Origin: Myxococcota bacterium
GTDB taxonomy: Bacteria; Myxococcota_A; UBA9160; UBA4427
Assembly: GCA_965250285.1 (NCBI GenBank)
Contig: OZ252299.1
Coordinates: 1,344,001 to 1,408,000 of the forward strand
DNA: 64,000 nucleotides
Direction of reading: 5' to 3'
In this document: piece by piece, positions 25,475-37,698 of the stretch
Layout of the letters: every line of letters begins with the position of its first letter
How positions within the stretch are numbered: the first letter of the stretch is position 1
Translations under genes and position numbers: made by a program
Notes under the pieces: generated by a model
The model's database searches: none
Told to the model about the DNA's origin: nothing
What the model saw: the letters and a program-made list of their open reading frames with translations, nothing else

Positions 25475-27018
25475 CGACCGACCGCGTTCGGATCTTCGAT
25501 ACGACGTTGCGCGATGGCGAGCAGTCGCCGGGCTGCTCGATGAACATGAACGAGAAGCTTGCGCTGGCCCGTCAGCTGCAGCGACTCGGGGTCGACGTGA
25601 TCGAGGCGGGGTTTCCGATCGCGAGCGAGGGCGACTTTGAGAGCGTCCGGCAGATCGCCGACGAGATCGACGGCGTGACGGTGTGCGGTCTGTCGCGCAC
25701 GGGCCAGATCGACATCGAGCGCGCCGCCGAGGCGCTCGAGACGGCGAAGGCGCCGCGCATCCACACCTTCATCGCGACGAGCGACATCCATCTCGAACAC
25801 AAGCTGCGGATGAGTCGCGATCAGGTCCTCGACGAAGTGACGCGCGCCGTCACCCAGGCGCGTGGCTACGTCGACGACGTCGAGTTCAGCGCCGAGGACG
25901 CGACGCGCAGCGACCGCGACTATCTCGTCGAGGTGTTCTCGAGGGCGGTCGAGTGCGGCGCGACGACGCTCAACGTGCCCGACACCGTGGGATACACCAC
26001 GCCCGAAGAGTACGCGCGGCTGATCACCTACCTGCGCGAGAAGGTGACGGGCGCAGAAGGCGTGATCTTCTCTGTCCACTGCCACAACGACCTCGGTCTC
26101 GCGGTGTCGAACAGCCTCTCGGCCGTGCTCGCCGGGGCGCGCCAGGTCGAGTGCACCGTGAACGGCATCGGCGAACGCGCCGGCAACTGCAGCCTCGAAG
26201 AGGTGGTCATGGCCGTGCACACCCGGCCCGACGTCTACGCCGAGGTGAGCCTCGGCGTGAACACCCACGAGATCTATCCGTCGAGTCGCCTGCTCTCGAG
26301 CGTGACCGGCGTGCAGGTGCAGCCGAACAAGGCGATCGTCGGCGACAACGCCTTCGCCCATGAGGCGGGGATCCACCAGGACGGCGTCCTCAAGGAGACG
26401 CTGACCTACGAGATCATGACGCCCGAGTCGATCGGCAAGGCGTCGAACGAACTCGTGCTCGGCAAACACAGCGGCCGGCATGCGTTCAAGGATCGACTGC
26501 TCGAGCTCGGCTTCGCCGTCGAGGGCGACGACTTCGAACGCGCCTTCAAGCGGTTCAAGGATCTCGCCGACGCGAAGAAGACGATCTACAACGAAGACCT
26601 CGAGGCGATCGTCGCCGACAGCGTCGTGACCACCGAGGAGCGGTTCGCCTTCGACGAGCTCACCATCACGAGCGGGAGCGCGAGCGCGCCCATGGCGCAC
26701 GTGCAGCTGATCGTCGACGGAGAGGTCGCGTCGACGGTGGCGACGGGGGTCGGCCCCGTCGACGCGATCTTCGAAGCGATCACTCAGCTCACGTCGACGG
26801 CGAGCGAGCTGATCAAGTACGACGTGCACGCCGTGACGTCGGGGCTCGACGCGCAGGGAGAGGTCAGCGTGACGATCGAAGAGGACGGCCGCCGTGTGAT
26901 CGGCAACGGCGTGCACGAAGACGTGATGGTCGCGAGCGGCAAGGCCTACGTGAACGCGATCAACCGCCTCGAGTGGCACAAGAAGCGGCGTCAGAAGGAT
27001 GCGCCCAAGGGCATCTGA
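25471..27018 (+). CDS. leuA: 2-isopropylmalate synthase
   Basis: [30 protein letters not shown]. Confidence 0.97.
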   Translation: MTTDRVRIFDTTLRDGEQSPGCSMNMNEKLALARQLQRLGVDVIEAGFPIASEGDFESVRQIADEIDGVTVCGLSRTGQIDIERAAEALETAKAPRIHTFIATSDIHLEHKLRMSRDQVLDEVTRAVTQARGYVDDVEFSAEDATRSDRDYLVEVFSRAVECGATTLNVPDTVGYTTPEEYARLITYLREKVTGAEGVIFSVHCHNDLGLAVSNSLSAVLAGARQVECTVNGIGERAGNCSLEEVVMAVHTRPDVYAEVSLGVNTHEIYPSSRLLSSVTGVQVQPNKAIVGDNAFAHEAGIHQDGVLKETLTYEIMTPESIGKASNELVLGKHSGRHAFKDRLLELGFAVEGDDFERAFKRFKDLADAKKTIYNEDLEAIVADSVVTTEERFAFDELTITSGSASAPMAHVQLIVDGEVASTVATGVGPVDAIFEAITQLTSTASELIKYDVHAVTSGLDAQGEVSVTIEEDGRRVIGNGVHEDVMVASGKAYVNAINRLEWHKKRRQKDAPKGI

Positions 27019-27130
27019 GCGCCGACGCAATGAGAGCCGAGAGCCGCGCAATCGCTGACGCCGCGCCCAGCGCACGCAGCCCGCGGCGTTCGGTTCGCTT
27101 TCACCCCTACGCAGAAAGAGAGTTCGACAG

Positions 27131-28219
27131 ATGAGCGCCAGCAAGATCCTGCTGCTGCCCGGAGACGGCATCGGCCCCGAGGTGACCACCCAGGCCGTGC
27201 GCGTCCTCGAGGCCGTCGCGCAGAAGCACGACATCGAGATCTCGACCGCGACCGACCTGATCGGCGGGGCCTCGATCGACGCCCACGGCACGCCGCTCCG
27301 CGACGAGGTCGTGGCCCAGGCGCGCGAGAGCGCCGCCGTGCTGCTCGGCGCGGTCGGGGGCCCGAAGTGGGACGACATGGCCGTGGACGTCCGGCCCGAG
27401 AAGGGGCTGCTCAAGATCCGCAAGGATCTCGGCCTGTTCGCCAATCTGCGACCGGCCAGCGTGATCCCGGCGCTCGTCGACGCGTCGACGCTGCGGCCCG
27501 AGGTCGTCGAAGGCATCGACCTGCTCGTCGTGCGCGAGCTGACCGGCGGCATCTACTTCGGTGAGCCGAAGGGGCGCATGGTCGAAGGCGGCAAGCGCAA
27601 GGCGATCAACGCCATGGTCTACGACGAGGACGAGGTCGAGCGCATCACCCGGGTGGCGTTCGACCAGGCGCGTCTGCGCCGCCATCACGTCACCCATGTT
27701 CACAAGGCCAACGTGCTCGAGGTCAGCCAGCTCTGGATGGACGTCGTCGAAGAGGTGGCGAAGGACTATGACGACGTCGAGCTCGTGCATCAGCTCGTCG
27801 ACTCGTGCGCGATGCTGTTGCTGAAGGATCCTCGCCGCTTCGACGTGATCGTCACCGGCAACATGTTCGGCGACATCCTGAGCGACGAGGCCGCCGAGAT
27901 CACGGGCTCGCTGGGCATGCTGCCAAGCGCGAGCCTCGCCGCGGGCGGGTTCGGCCTCTACGAGCCCGTCCACGGATCGGCGCCCGATATCGCCGGGCAG
28001 GACAAGGCCAACCCGCTCGCCGCGATCCTGAGCGTGGCGATGCTGCTCGAGACGAGCCTCGAGTGCTCGGCCGGCGCCGTCGAGGTGCGTGCCGCGGTGT
28101 CGCAGGTGCTGGCCGACGGCCTGCGCACCGGCGATCTGCTGCTCGAGGGCGAGACCCGCGACACCGTCGGATGTGTCGCCATGGGCGACGCGGTGCTCGA
28201 CGCACTGGGCGCGGCGTGA
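27131..28219 (+). CDS. leuB: 3-isopropylmalate dehydrogenase
   Basis: [36 protein letters not shown]. Confidence 0.97.
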   Translation: MSASKILLLPGDGIGPEVTTQAVRVLEAVAQKHDIEISTATDLIGGASIDAHGTPLRDEVVAQARESAAVLLGAVGGPKWDDMAVDVRPEKGLLKIRKDLGLFANLRPASVIPALVDASTLRPEVVEGIDLLVVRELTGGIYFGEPKGRMVEGGKRKAINAMVYDEDEVERITRVAFDQARLRRHHVTHVHKANVLEVSQLWMDVVEEVAKDYDDVELVHQLVDSCAMLLLKDPRRFDVIVTGNMFGDILSDEAAEITGSLGMLPSASLAAGGFGLYEPVHGSAPDIAGQDKANPLAAILSVAMLLETSLECSAGAVEVRAAVSQVLADGLRTGDLLLEGETRDTVGCVAMGDAVLDALGAA

Positions 28220-29238
28220 GCGCGGGCGCATCGAATCGAGCCGAGGGGCTGCGCATCGCGGTGGCGGGCGCGGGCGGCACCCTCGGGCGCGAGCTGCTCG
28301 AGGTGCTGGGCGACGCGGGGCTGCCGATCGCCGAGCTGCTGCCGTTCGGCACCGATGCGAGCCTGGGCCACGAGGTCGAGTTCGCCGGCACGAGCTGGCC
28401 CCTCGAGAGCGAGCCGCCGACGCTGCGTGGCCTCGACGCGCTCGTGCTGTGCACGCCGATGGGCGCCGCCGCCGAGCTCGCCCGCGACGCCCTGCGTGCC
28501 GAGGTCACCTGCCTCGACGCTTCGGGCGCGTTCCTCGACACGCCCGAGGTGGTGCTCGGCGTCGCCGGACTGATCCCCGATGCGGCGCTGCTGGCCGCAC
28601 CGCTGCTCTCGGCGCCGCCGGGCAGCCCGCTCGCCTGGGCGCGGCTGGTGCACGCCGCGGCGGGCGACGAGGCCCTCAGCGAGGTCAGCGCCACGCTGCT
28701 CTCGTCGGCCGGTGATCTCGGCCGCCAGGGCATCGAGGCGCTCAGCGATCAGACCGTCGCGCTGCTGAATCAGACCGGTCGCGAAGACGATGCCCCGCGC
28801 GAGGATCTGCTGGGGCTCGCCTTCGACTGCCGGCCCACCGAGACCCCCGACCGCGCCGCGGCGTTGCTCGGCACGGTGCTCGCGCGCCTGCGTGGGGGCG
28901 TGGTCGCCACCCAGGCGACCCGCGTGCGCGTGCCGACCTTCGTCGGCGAGGGCGCGGTCGTCCGCCTGGTCTTCGATCGGATGCCCGACGTCGAGGCGAT
29001 GACCAAGCGGCTCGAGGCGGCGCCCGGGATCGATTTGTGGAGCCACGGTGAGGTGCCCACGACGCGCAATACGGCGGGCCAGGACGAGGTGCTCGTTTCG
29101 CCGCCGACGCTCGCGCAGAGCGCGGGAGAAGAACGCGCCGCAGTCACGCTGTGGGCCGCCGCCGACCCCGTGCGGGTCGCGGCGCGCAATCTGGTCGATC
29201 TGCTGCGGGCGCGGCTCGCGTCGTCGCCGACGAGCTGA
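28216..29238 (+). CDS. Aspartate-semialdehyde dehydrogenase homolog (Usg-like, catalytic residues apparently lost)
   Basis: [13 protein letters not shown]ossmann start, RVPTFVGEG; position between leuB and truA. Confidence 0.75.
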   Translation: MSAGASNRAEGLRIAVAGAGGTLGRELLEVLGDAGLPIAELLPFGTDASLGHEVEFAGTSWPLESEPPTLRGLDALVLCTPMGAAAELARDALRAEVTCLDASGAFLDTPEVVLGVAGLIPDAALLAAPLLSAPPGSPLAWARLVHAAAGDEALSEVSATLLSSAGDLGRQGIEALSDQTVALLNQTGREDDAPREDLLGLAFDCRPTETPDRAAALLGTVLARLRGGVVATQATRVRVPTFVGEGAVVRLVFDRMPDVEAMTKRLEAAPGIDLWSHGEVPTTRNTAGQDEVLVSPPTLAQSAGEERAAVTLWAAADPVRVAARNLVDLLRARLASSPTS

Positions 29239-29350
29239 TGACCCGGGCTCGCCTGGTCGCCAACGAGTGGATGACCCGGGCTCGCCTGGTCGCCAACGAG
29301 TGGATGACCCGGGGTCGCGTCGTCGCCGACGAGCTGATGACCGGCGCTCG
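29211..29350 (+). repeat. 33-bp tandem repeat, 4 copies (variants A-B-B-A) plus partial
   Basis: Units start 29211, 29244, 29277, 29310; core GTCGCC[G/A]ACGAG[CT/TG]GATGACC. Confidence 0.9.
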
Positions 29351-29371
29351 CCTCGGACGCGCGGGCGCGTG

Positions 29372-30127
29372 ATGGCGCGGTTCAAGCTCGTCGTCGAGTA
29401 CGATGGCCGCGACTTCGATGGCTGGCAGCAGCAGCCGGGCGCCCGCACGGTGCAGGGCGAGCTCGCGGCGGCGATCGCGCGGGTCTCGGGGCAGGTCGAG
29501 CCTCAGGTGATCGGCAGCGGTCGCACCGACTCGGGCGTCCACGCCGAGGGCCAGGTCGCGAGCGTCGAGATCGAGCGCGCCTTCACGCCCGAGAAGCTCG
29601 CCGCGGCCCTGAACGGCGTGCTGGGGCACGACGTGGCCGTGCTCGCGGTCGAAGCCGCAGCGCCCGACTTCGACGCCCGCAAACACGCGACGCACAAGCA
29701 CTACCGCTATCAGATCTGGAACGGCCGGGTGGCTTCGCCGCTGCGCGCTGCGCGCTTTGCCCACGTACGGGCGGCCCTCGACGTCGCCGCCATGACCGAA
29801 GCGGCGAGGGTCTTCGTCGGCGAGCGCGACTTCAGCTCGCTGCGGGCCGCTGGATCGAGCGCAAAGACCAGCGTACGGACGCTGAGCCGCTGCGACGTCG
29901 TGGGGCAGGCCGGGGCCGAGATCGTGCTCCACGTCTCCGGCACGGGCTTCCTGCGCCACATGGTGCGCAATCTGGCCGGCACGCTGATCGAGGTCGGTCG
30001 CGGCCGCCGCACGCCCGGCGACATGGCCGCCCTGCTGGCCGCCCGCGACCGCGGCGCGGCCGGGCCGACGGCGCCGGCGCAGGGGCTCACGCTCGTCTCG
30101 GTGGAGTACCCGGAGCAGCCGGAGTAG
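29372..30127 (+). CDS. truA: tRNA pseudouridine(38-40) synthase
   Basis: EYDG..F.GWQ, GRTDSGVHA, GFLRHMVR, TAPAQGL. Confidence 0.96.
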   Translation: MARFKLVVEYDGRDFDGWQQQPGARTVQGELAAAIARVSGQVEPQVIGSGRTDSGVHAEGQVASVEIERAFTPEKLAAALNGVLGHDVAVLAVEAAAPDFDARKHATHKHYRYQIWNGRVASPLRAARFAHVRAALDVAAMTEAARVFVGERDFSSLRAAGSSAKTSVRTLSRCDVVGQAGAEIVLHVSGTGFLRHMVRNLAGTLIEVGRGRRTPGDMAALLAARDRGAAGPTAPAQGLTLVSVEYPEQPE

Positions 30128-30443
30128 CCCGCGGGGCGCCCCCGCAGCTCCGGCGCCAGACCGCGGACATTCCACAGAAAAAACGCGGCGTTGAGCGGGT
30201 GCTGCGAGTTGACTCGAGGGGCGTCGTGGGGTACTCACTCGCCGGCGCGGACACCGTCCGGGCCCGGTCGTGCTGTCTGCGCGGCCACCAGATCGGGCGC
30301 CGCGGCCACGCGGCCGACGGCGTCCCTCCAGAAACCGGATCCATCGGGTTGGAGAGGCCGCGGCGGCGATCGCTGCGCAGCGCCTCTGTCACCCGTCAGC
30401 GCGCCGCCCCGCGAGCGGCGCGCACACAGCGAGGAGCACGGGC

Positions 30444-30888
30444 ATGGGAGCCCAGGCACACAAGGCCACGAAGAGCGTGCGCCGCGAAGACGTCGAGCAG
30501 CGCTGGTTCGTCGTCGACGCCGAGGACATCGTCCTCGGCCGGCTGGCGACGCGCGTGGCGACGATCCTACGCGGCAAGCACCGCCCCACGTTCACGCCGC
30601 ACAACGACACCGGCGAGTACGTGATCGTGGTGAACGCCGACAAGGTGAAGCTCACCGGTCGCAAGCTGCAGCAGAAGGTCTACCACCGACATACCGGTTG
30701 GACGGGCGGCATCAAGTCGATCACCGCCGAGAAGCTGCTGGCTTCGCCCCATGCCGATCGCGTCGTCACGAACGCGGTTCGAGGCATGCTTCCGAAGAAC
30801 TCGCTCGGCCAACAGATGCTCTCGAAGCTGAAGGTCTACGCCGGTCCCGATCACCCTCACGCGGCTCAGAAGCCGGAGGTCCTCACCG

Positions 30889-30896
<8 letters not shown>
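30444..30896 (+). CDS. rplM: 50S ribosomal protein L13
   Basis: [30 protein letters not shown]. Confidence 0.97.
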
Positions 30897-31278
<382 letters not shown>

Positions 31279-31563
31279 GCCGCTTCGGCCCTCGGCGTCT
31301 CGGCTTTCAGCCGCGGGCGAGGCAAGAACACCGTTCGATTCCGAGAGCGGACGTGCCCCTTCGGGCCGTCCGCTCTCTGCGTTTGAGGGGCACGTGGTTC
31401 GCTTCGGGCCGCGGTCGGGTTTCGGAAGAGGCTCCGCATGGGCCATTAGGCAGGGCGCCACGCGGCGCTGCGCTTGCCGCTGGCCGGGGTGCCGGGCTAT
31501 ACAGTCAGCCCATTGGAGTGCGGGCGGTGCCCACCGCCAAACGTCTCGAATGGGGTCCCGTGA

Positions 31564-33474
<1,911 letters not shown>

Positions 33475-33698
33475 TCGCTCGCGGGCCGGCGTACAGCCGG
33501 CCCGCCGAGCGCATCGTTGGCCGACCCGGTCTCGGGTCGCGCCTGCTGCTGGCCCGATCTCAGGCCGCGCGGCGCAGAGGCGGCCCCCTGCCTGACGCAT
33601 CCCCGTCGTGCTCGCGAGCCGCCCGTTGGCTCGCCTGAGCCGACCCGCGCGCGTGTGCGCGCCCGCTCGCGCGCCAATACCCTACCCGAGAAATACTG

Positions 33699-33718
33699 AA
33701 TGTGACTTGGTTTACATC
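33699..33718 (+). promoter_or_regulatory. CRP/FNR-like or enhancer-like dyad TGTGA-N6-TTACA in an AT-rich promoter region
   Basis: AATGTGACTTGGTTTACA, one mismatch to TGTGA-N6-TCACA. Confidence 0.45.
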
Positions 33719-34022
33719 AATCAAGTTGGTTCGTAAGTACTCGACTTCGTGAGCGTTTTTCGTCGCGTCGTCATGCCGTAATCAAGAGTTTGAATACGAA
33801 AGATCACACAGCAATCAATTTTTGTGTGGCGAAACCTCTCACGTTCGGTACTTATTCGTCCGTAAAGAAAACCGGGATGCAGGCGACAATCAAAGTGGTC
33901 GAGCCAGCATCTCCGAGTCGGCAGGGGCGTCACAGGGATCGGATGCGTGTGACGCGAGGGGCCGACGGGGTCGAGGTCAGGGAAGACGCCAGCACTTCCC
34001 GCCCGTCCTGAGGGAGAACGAC

Positions 34023-34622
34023 ATGGAAAGCTGCCCTTCTTATTTCGACCGAGCTCGTTCGAACACGCTTCGCGCGACCACCGTCGCGATCGCCATCCTC
34101 ACACTCGCGCTGATGGGCTGCGCCGGGATGTCCGGGTCGACGGGCCCGGTGGCGATGGAGCCGCAGGGGCCGGGGGCCGTGTTCCCGACGATCGAGGACG
34201 CCGTCCTCGATGCGATGGCCTACTCGGTGCAGGACGCACGGTCGAGAGGCCGCACCGACCGGATGTACGGCGGCCCGATCCAGATGGTCGACGACGGCTA
34301 CACCTACGGTGAGCCCGCGGTGGCGCACTCGGTTCGACCGCTGGAGGTCCGGTACACGGTGAGCAGCCGTGATGTGGCGCGGTTTCACGTCTACCCCGCC
34401 GCCGACGACGTGCGTGAGAACCAGCGCCGCGAGCACGCGACGCGCACTGATCGCCGAAGCGTCGACGAGCAGGACCCGCGCCGACGCACGCTCTACTTCC
34501 TGACCCCCACGTTGATGGTCAAGGCCTATCACGGCAAGCGCGTGCCCGTGCAGGAGGTGGTGCGCCTCGACCGCTCGAACGACGGAATGCTGATCGTGCA
34601 GAACACGACGTCGATGCCCTGA
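34023..34622 (+). CDS. Lipoprotein with DUF4329/JAB-like domain
   Basis: RBS AGGGAG; lipobox LMG-C; F.TIEDA..DA, YGG.I, Y.Y..P, FHVYP, YFLTP pattern. Confidence 0.6.
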   Translation: MESCPSYFDRARSNTLRATTVAIAILTLALMGCAGMSGSTGPVAMEPQGPGAVFPTIEDAVLDAMAYSVQDARSRGRTDRMYGGPIQMVDDGYTYGEPAVAHSVRPLEVRYTVSSRDVARFHVYPAADDVRENQRREHATRTDRRSVDEQDPRRRTLYFLTPTLMVKAYHGKRVPVQEVVRLDRSNDGMLIVQNTTSMP

Positions 34623-34739
34623 GCCGCATCCGGGCCGCCCGTCCGGACGGCTTCTCTGCTCGGTCTACCGCCGCCAAACCGGGCAGAGAAGGGACGGGCG
34701 GCCCATCAGTCCCTTTCCCGGGAGATCAGGGTTCGACGA

Positions 34740-34774
34740 GGGCCCCCGCCGAAAGGCGGGGGCCCATTCGTTTC
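34740..34774 (+). terminator. Probable intrinsic terminator
   Basis: 11-bp stem GGGCCCCCGCC-GAAA-GGCGGGGGCCC followed by ATTCGTTT. Confidence 0.7.
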
Positions 34775-34862
34775 GGGCGCGCGATCGCGCGACCGTGACC
34801 GCAACCGTCACGCCCCTGGCGTTTCATCTTCTCCGAACCCGAACGCCAGGAGGCCCCCCCCA

Positions 34863-35057
34863 ATGAGCCCGAACTCCCCGTTTGCCGGACCCCTCGTCAT
34901 CTGTGATCGCCCACGCGGGCTCGAGGTCGTCCGCTGCCGACGATTCGCCCCCGGCGCGAGCGAGTGCGTCGACGCGGGCGGCGCCGCCCAGATGCGGCTG
35001 CCCCTCGGCGAGTGGATCGTCGGGCTGCGCGAGAGCGGGTCTGTGGACGCCGGGTAG
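34863..35057 (+). CDS. Small hypothetical protein (64 aa)
   Basis: Strong RBS AGGAGG upstream of ATG. Confidence 0.4.
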   Translation: MSPNSPFAGPLVICDRPRGLEVVRCRRFAPGASECVDAGGAAQMRLPLGEWIVGLRESGSVDAG

Positions 35058-35168
35058 GGCGCCGGCAGCGGCCCCAGGGCCGGGGGCGGGCGCGTCCTTC
35101 GCGCCGGATCATTCCCGGTCCAACCCCTTGAGATTCCACCGAGAATCGCTAAACCACAGCGCTCGCGT

Positions 35169-35245
35169 GGAGCATTAGCTCAGCTGGCTAGAGCACCGTC
35201 TTCACACGGCGGGGGTCGCTGGTTCAAGTCCAGCATGCTCCACCA
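35169..35245 (+). tRNA. tRNA-Val(CAC)
   Basis: Acceptor GGAGCAT/ATGCTCC, D-arm, anticodon arm CCGTC-TTCACAC-GGCGG, T-loop GGTTCAAGTCC, encoded CCA. Confidence 0.95.
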
Positions 35246-35281
35246 CTCCGAACGCGATTTCCTCTTTGTTTTCGGGCGCGG

Positions 35282-36475
35282 TCACTGCTCCGTCCTTGAG
35301 TCCCGGTTGAGTCCCGAGTCCCGAATCGAGGCGACGCGCTGTTCGAGCGCATCCCCCGCGGCATTGGCCTGCTTCTGTTGTTCGAGCAGGTAGATCGCGG
35401 TCGTCGTCTCGGACCCGTGGTCCCACGCCGCTCGCAGCTGACCGCGACTCACGATCCCCGCCTCGATCAGGTCAGTCCCAACGCTGGCTTTGAGGGCGTG
35501 GTAGACCGAGACGTACGGGACGCCCGCGCGCTTGCACGCCCGCACCCAGCCCGAGTAGAGGGCCTTCCACGAGTAGGCTGTCCCGGTGTTCGGGTTCGGG
35601 AAGAGCGGGGCGCCCCGGTCAAGGCGCGCGTCGCCGCGGTACTTCCTGAGCCACTCGCGAAGCTCGCCCTTCGCCTCGACCTTGCTCGCCTTGCCGGTCT
35701 TGTTCTCGCGGCGGTCGGGGTTAGCCCCGCTCACCGTCTTCAGCGCTTCGCCCCGGGTGAGCGTGTGGGTCGCGAAGTCGTACGAGCCCACCGTCACGCC
35801 GCGCGCCTCGTTCGCGCGGAGAAACCCCCAAAAGAGCCCGAGGTAGATGCCCTGTTGCTCTTCCTTCATCGCGTCGATGGCCGCCAGAACGTCCAGTATG
35901 GGCATTGCGTCCTTCGGCTTTGACGCGACCTTGACCTTCGGCCACACGGGCACGGGCGCCTCGGGGTGCTCTTCGCGGTAGTACGTGTGGGCGCCCCGAA
36001 TCACGATCAACGCGTTCTTCGTCGCCTTGTCGCCAGTCCCCTTCTCGCGCATCCACGAGAGCCACTGCCGGACAGTCCGGGTGCCCACCTCGCTCGCGGG
36101 CACGTCGTCCCAGTACGGCTGAATGTGGTTCTTCCTGATCAGGCGATAGTCGGAGAGCGTATTCGGGGCAAGCTCCTTGCCGCGCTCATCGAGCCACCGG
36201 TCCAAGAAGGTCACGAATAGGTTTGGCCGCGCGTCCGGCTTGCGCCACTGACCGACAGCGTCAGACCACGGCATCCCCCGCGCCACGTCGTGGCAGATTC
36301 GTATTCTCAGACCGTCAGCGTCCTTGAACGACGTGAACGAGTGGCCGCGCACGCTGCTCAAGTACCGCTCGTTCCCGCGCAAGCCGACATCGTAGAAGTC
36401 GATTCTCCACGACTCCTTCACGGTCCCGTCCGCGCGCTTTCGATTCCTAGTGTCGACCTTCCCACCATCCGGCAT
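35282..36475 (-). CDS. Tyrosine recombinase/integrase
   Basis: SAM-like LAPNTLSDY..HIQPYW; catalytic set LRANE (R), NKTG (K), HALK, DH, T.IY. Confidence 0.9.
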   Translation of the reverse strand: MPDGGKVDTRNRKRADGTVKESWRIDFYDVGLRGNERYLSSVRGHSFTSFKDADGLRIRICHDVARGMPWSDAVGQWRKPDARPNLFVTFLDRWLDERGKELAPNTLSDYRLIRKNHIQPYWDDVPASEVGTRTVRQWLSWMREKGTGDKATKNALIVIRGAHTYYREEHPEAPVPVWPKVKVASKPKDAMPILDVLAAIDAMKEEQQGIYLGLFWGFLRANEARGVTVGSYDFATHTLTRGEALKTVSGANPDRRENKTGKASKVEAKGELREWLRKYRGDARLDRGAPLFPNPNTGTAYSWKALYSGWVRACKRAGVPYVSVYHALKASVGTDLIEAGIVSRGQLRAAWDHGSETTTAIYLLEQQKQANAAGDALEQRVASIRDSGLNRDSRTEQ

Positions 36476-37698
36476 CTCGTCGCCTCTCCCGCCGGCAGGG
36501 TGCTGGGCCGCCCGGGGCGAGGCAAGGGGAGTTTCCGATTCATCCGATCGCAGACTCATCCAGGCGCCCTCGAATCGACCACATCTCGGTGGCCAATCGC
36601 GAGGGAGCCCGGCAAATCCGGACCTCGGGATTGTGGTTGGTGTTCGAACCGCACAGGCGGGCTCCAGGCAGCCGGTTTCGAATCCGGTTCTTGCCCGTGC
36701 CCGTGTCTCGGCCTACTGGCCCTGACTTTGGCGGCGGCGGCGCGAAGTGCGGGGCCCAAGCGCAGGTCCATCCATACCCACTAGGGGCACCTGGGTCGGC
36801 GGCGGATGGATGCGCTGGGGGGATAACCGGGTTTATATCACATGGCCCTCACTCCTCAAAGTGTCGGCCTACTTCCGTGGTGGTTCCGGGCGTTAGGTCG
36901 AACGCCGATGCCTGCTGGCACGCAACCAGCGCCCCCCTGCGGCGGGTTGGGTGCAGGTTCCGGCCATGTACGCGGGCGTGAGTCGCAGACGTCGAGCGGC
37001 TGGCGCGTCTCGAACTCGATTCAGCGACCGCCGCTCGACGTCTTCGACGCAACCGGCGTTCCGTCTCGTTCTAGCGCTAGTACACACTTCACTGGGATTG
37101 CTCCAGACGAACGGGCTCGCCTGCTCGGAAATGCTTGCGGGGGTCCTGTCCATTCTGGCTCTGAAAGCGGCTTCAGGGACGACCTTGAACTTCACGCCGG
37201 ACGCCCGCTTGCTCAAGGCCAGAAGCGACCCAACTGTTGAACGGGTGGGCGGTGGTGTCGGCTCGTTCACTGAAGCATGGCTCGCCTTCTCCGACGCGCT
37301 CCCTGCCGACTTCTTGGCCGAGAGCTACCGCTCGATCTCCGACATCGAGGGCACTTCCTCGGGGCAGATCGGAGCGTCGAAGTGTGTCTTGGTCGGCACA
37401 GATCGCTCTGTGCGCCGTGCGAAGGCTGGTTGGTCCAACTTTCCATCGATCAACTGCCGCCGGCGGCCGTTGCCAGATTGCTAGTGCCTTCACTTGTTCT
37501 ACGGGCAGCACAGGGTTGGCCAAGCAGGTATCTGTGGGCAGTTTCGCGACCGGCTAAACGCGCGAGTCTATTGCCTACGCACCGTCGTGTTCCACGGCGG
37601 CATCTTCGCGACGAACGATCGCTGCGGAGGACGCGAGATCTCGCTCCAGCTACCTCGGAGCTACTTACGCCGTGCGGGCGAACCCCATCAGGCGAACA

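Noticed and set aside
29211..29350. Possible CRISPR array
   Set aside because: Units are contiguous with no unique spacers; no cas genes
36916..36932. Sigma54-like TGGCACG-N4-CAGC
   Set aside because: -12 element deviates from TTGC and no clear downstream gene
36556..37690. ORFs between integrase and the ATPase operon as excisionase or regulator
   Set aside because: No HTH or recognisable motif; real frame cannot be chosen; possibly decayed DNA
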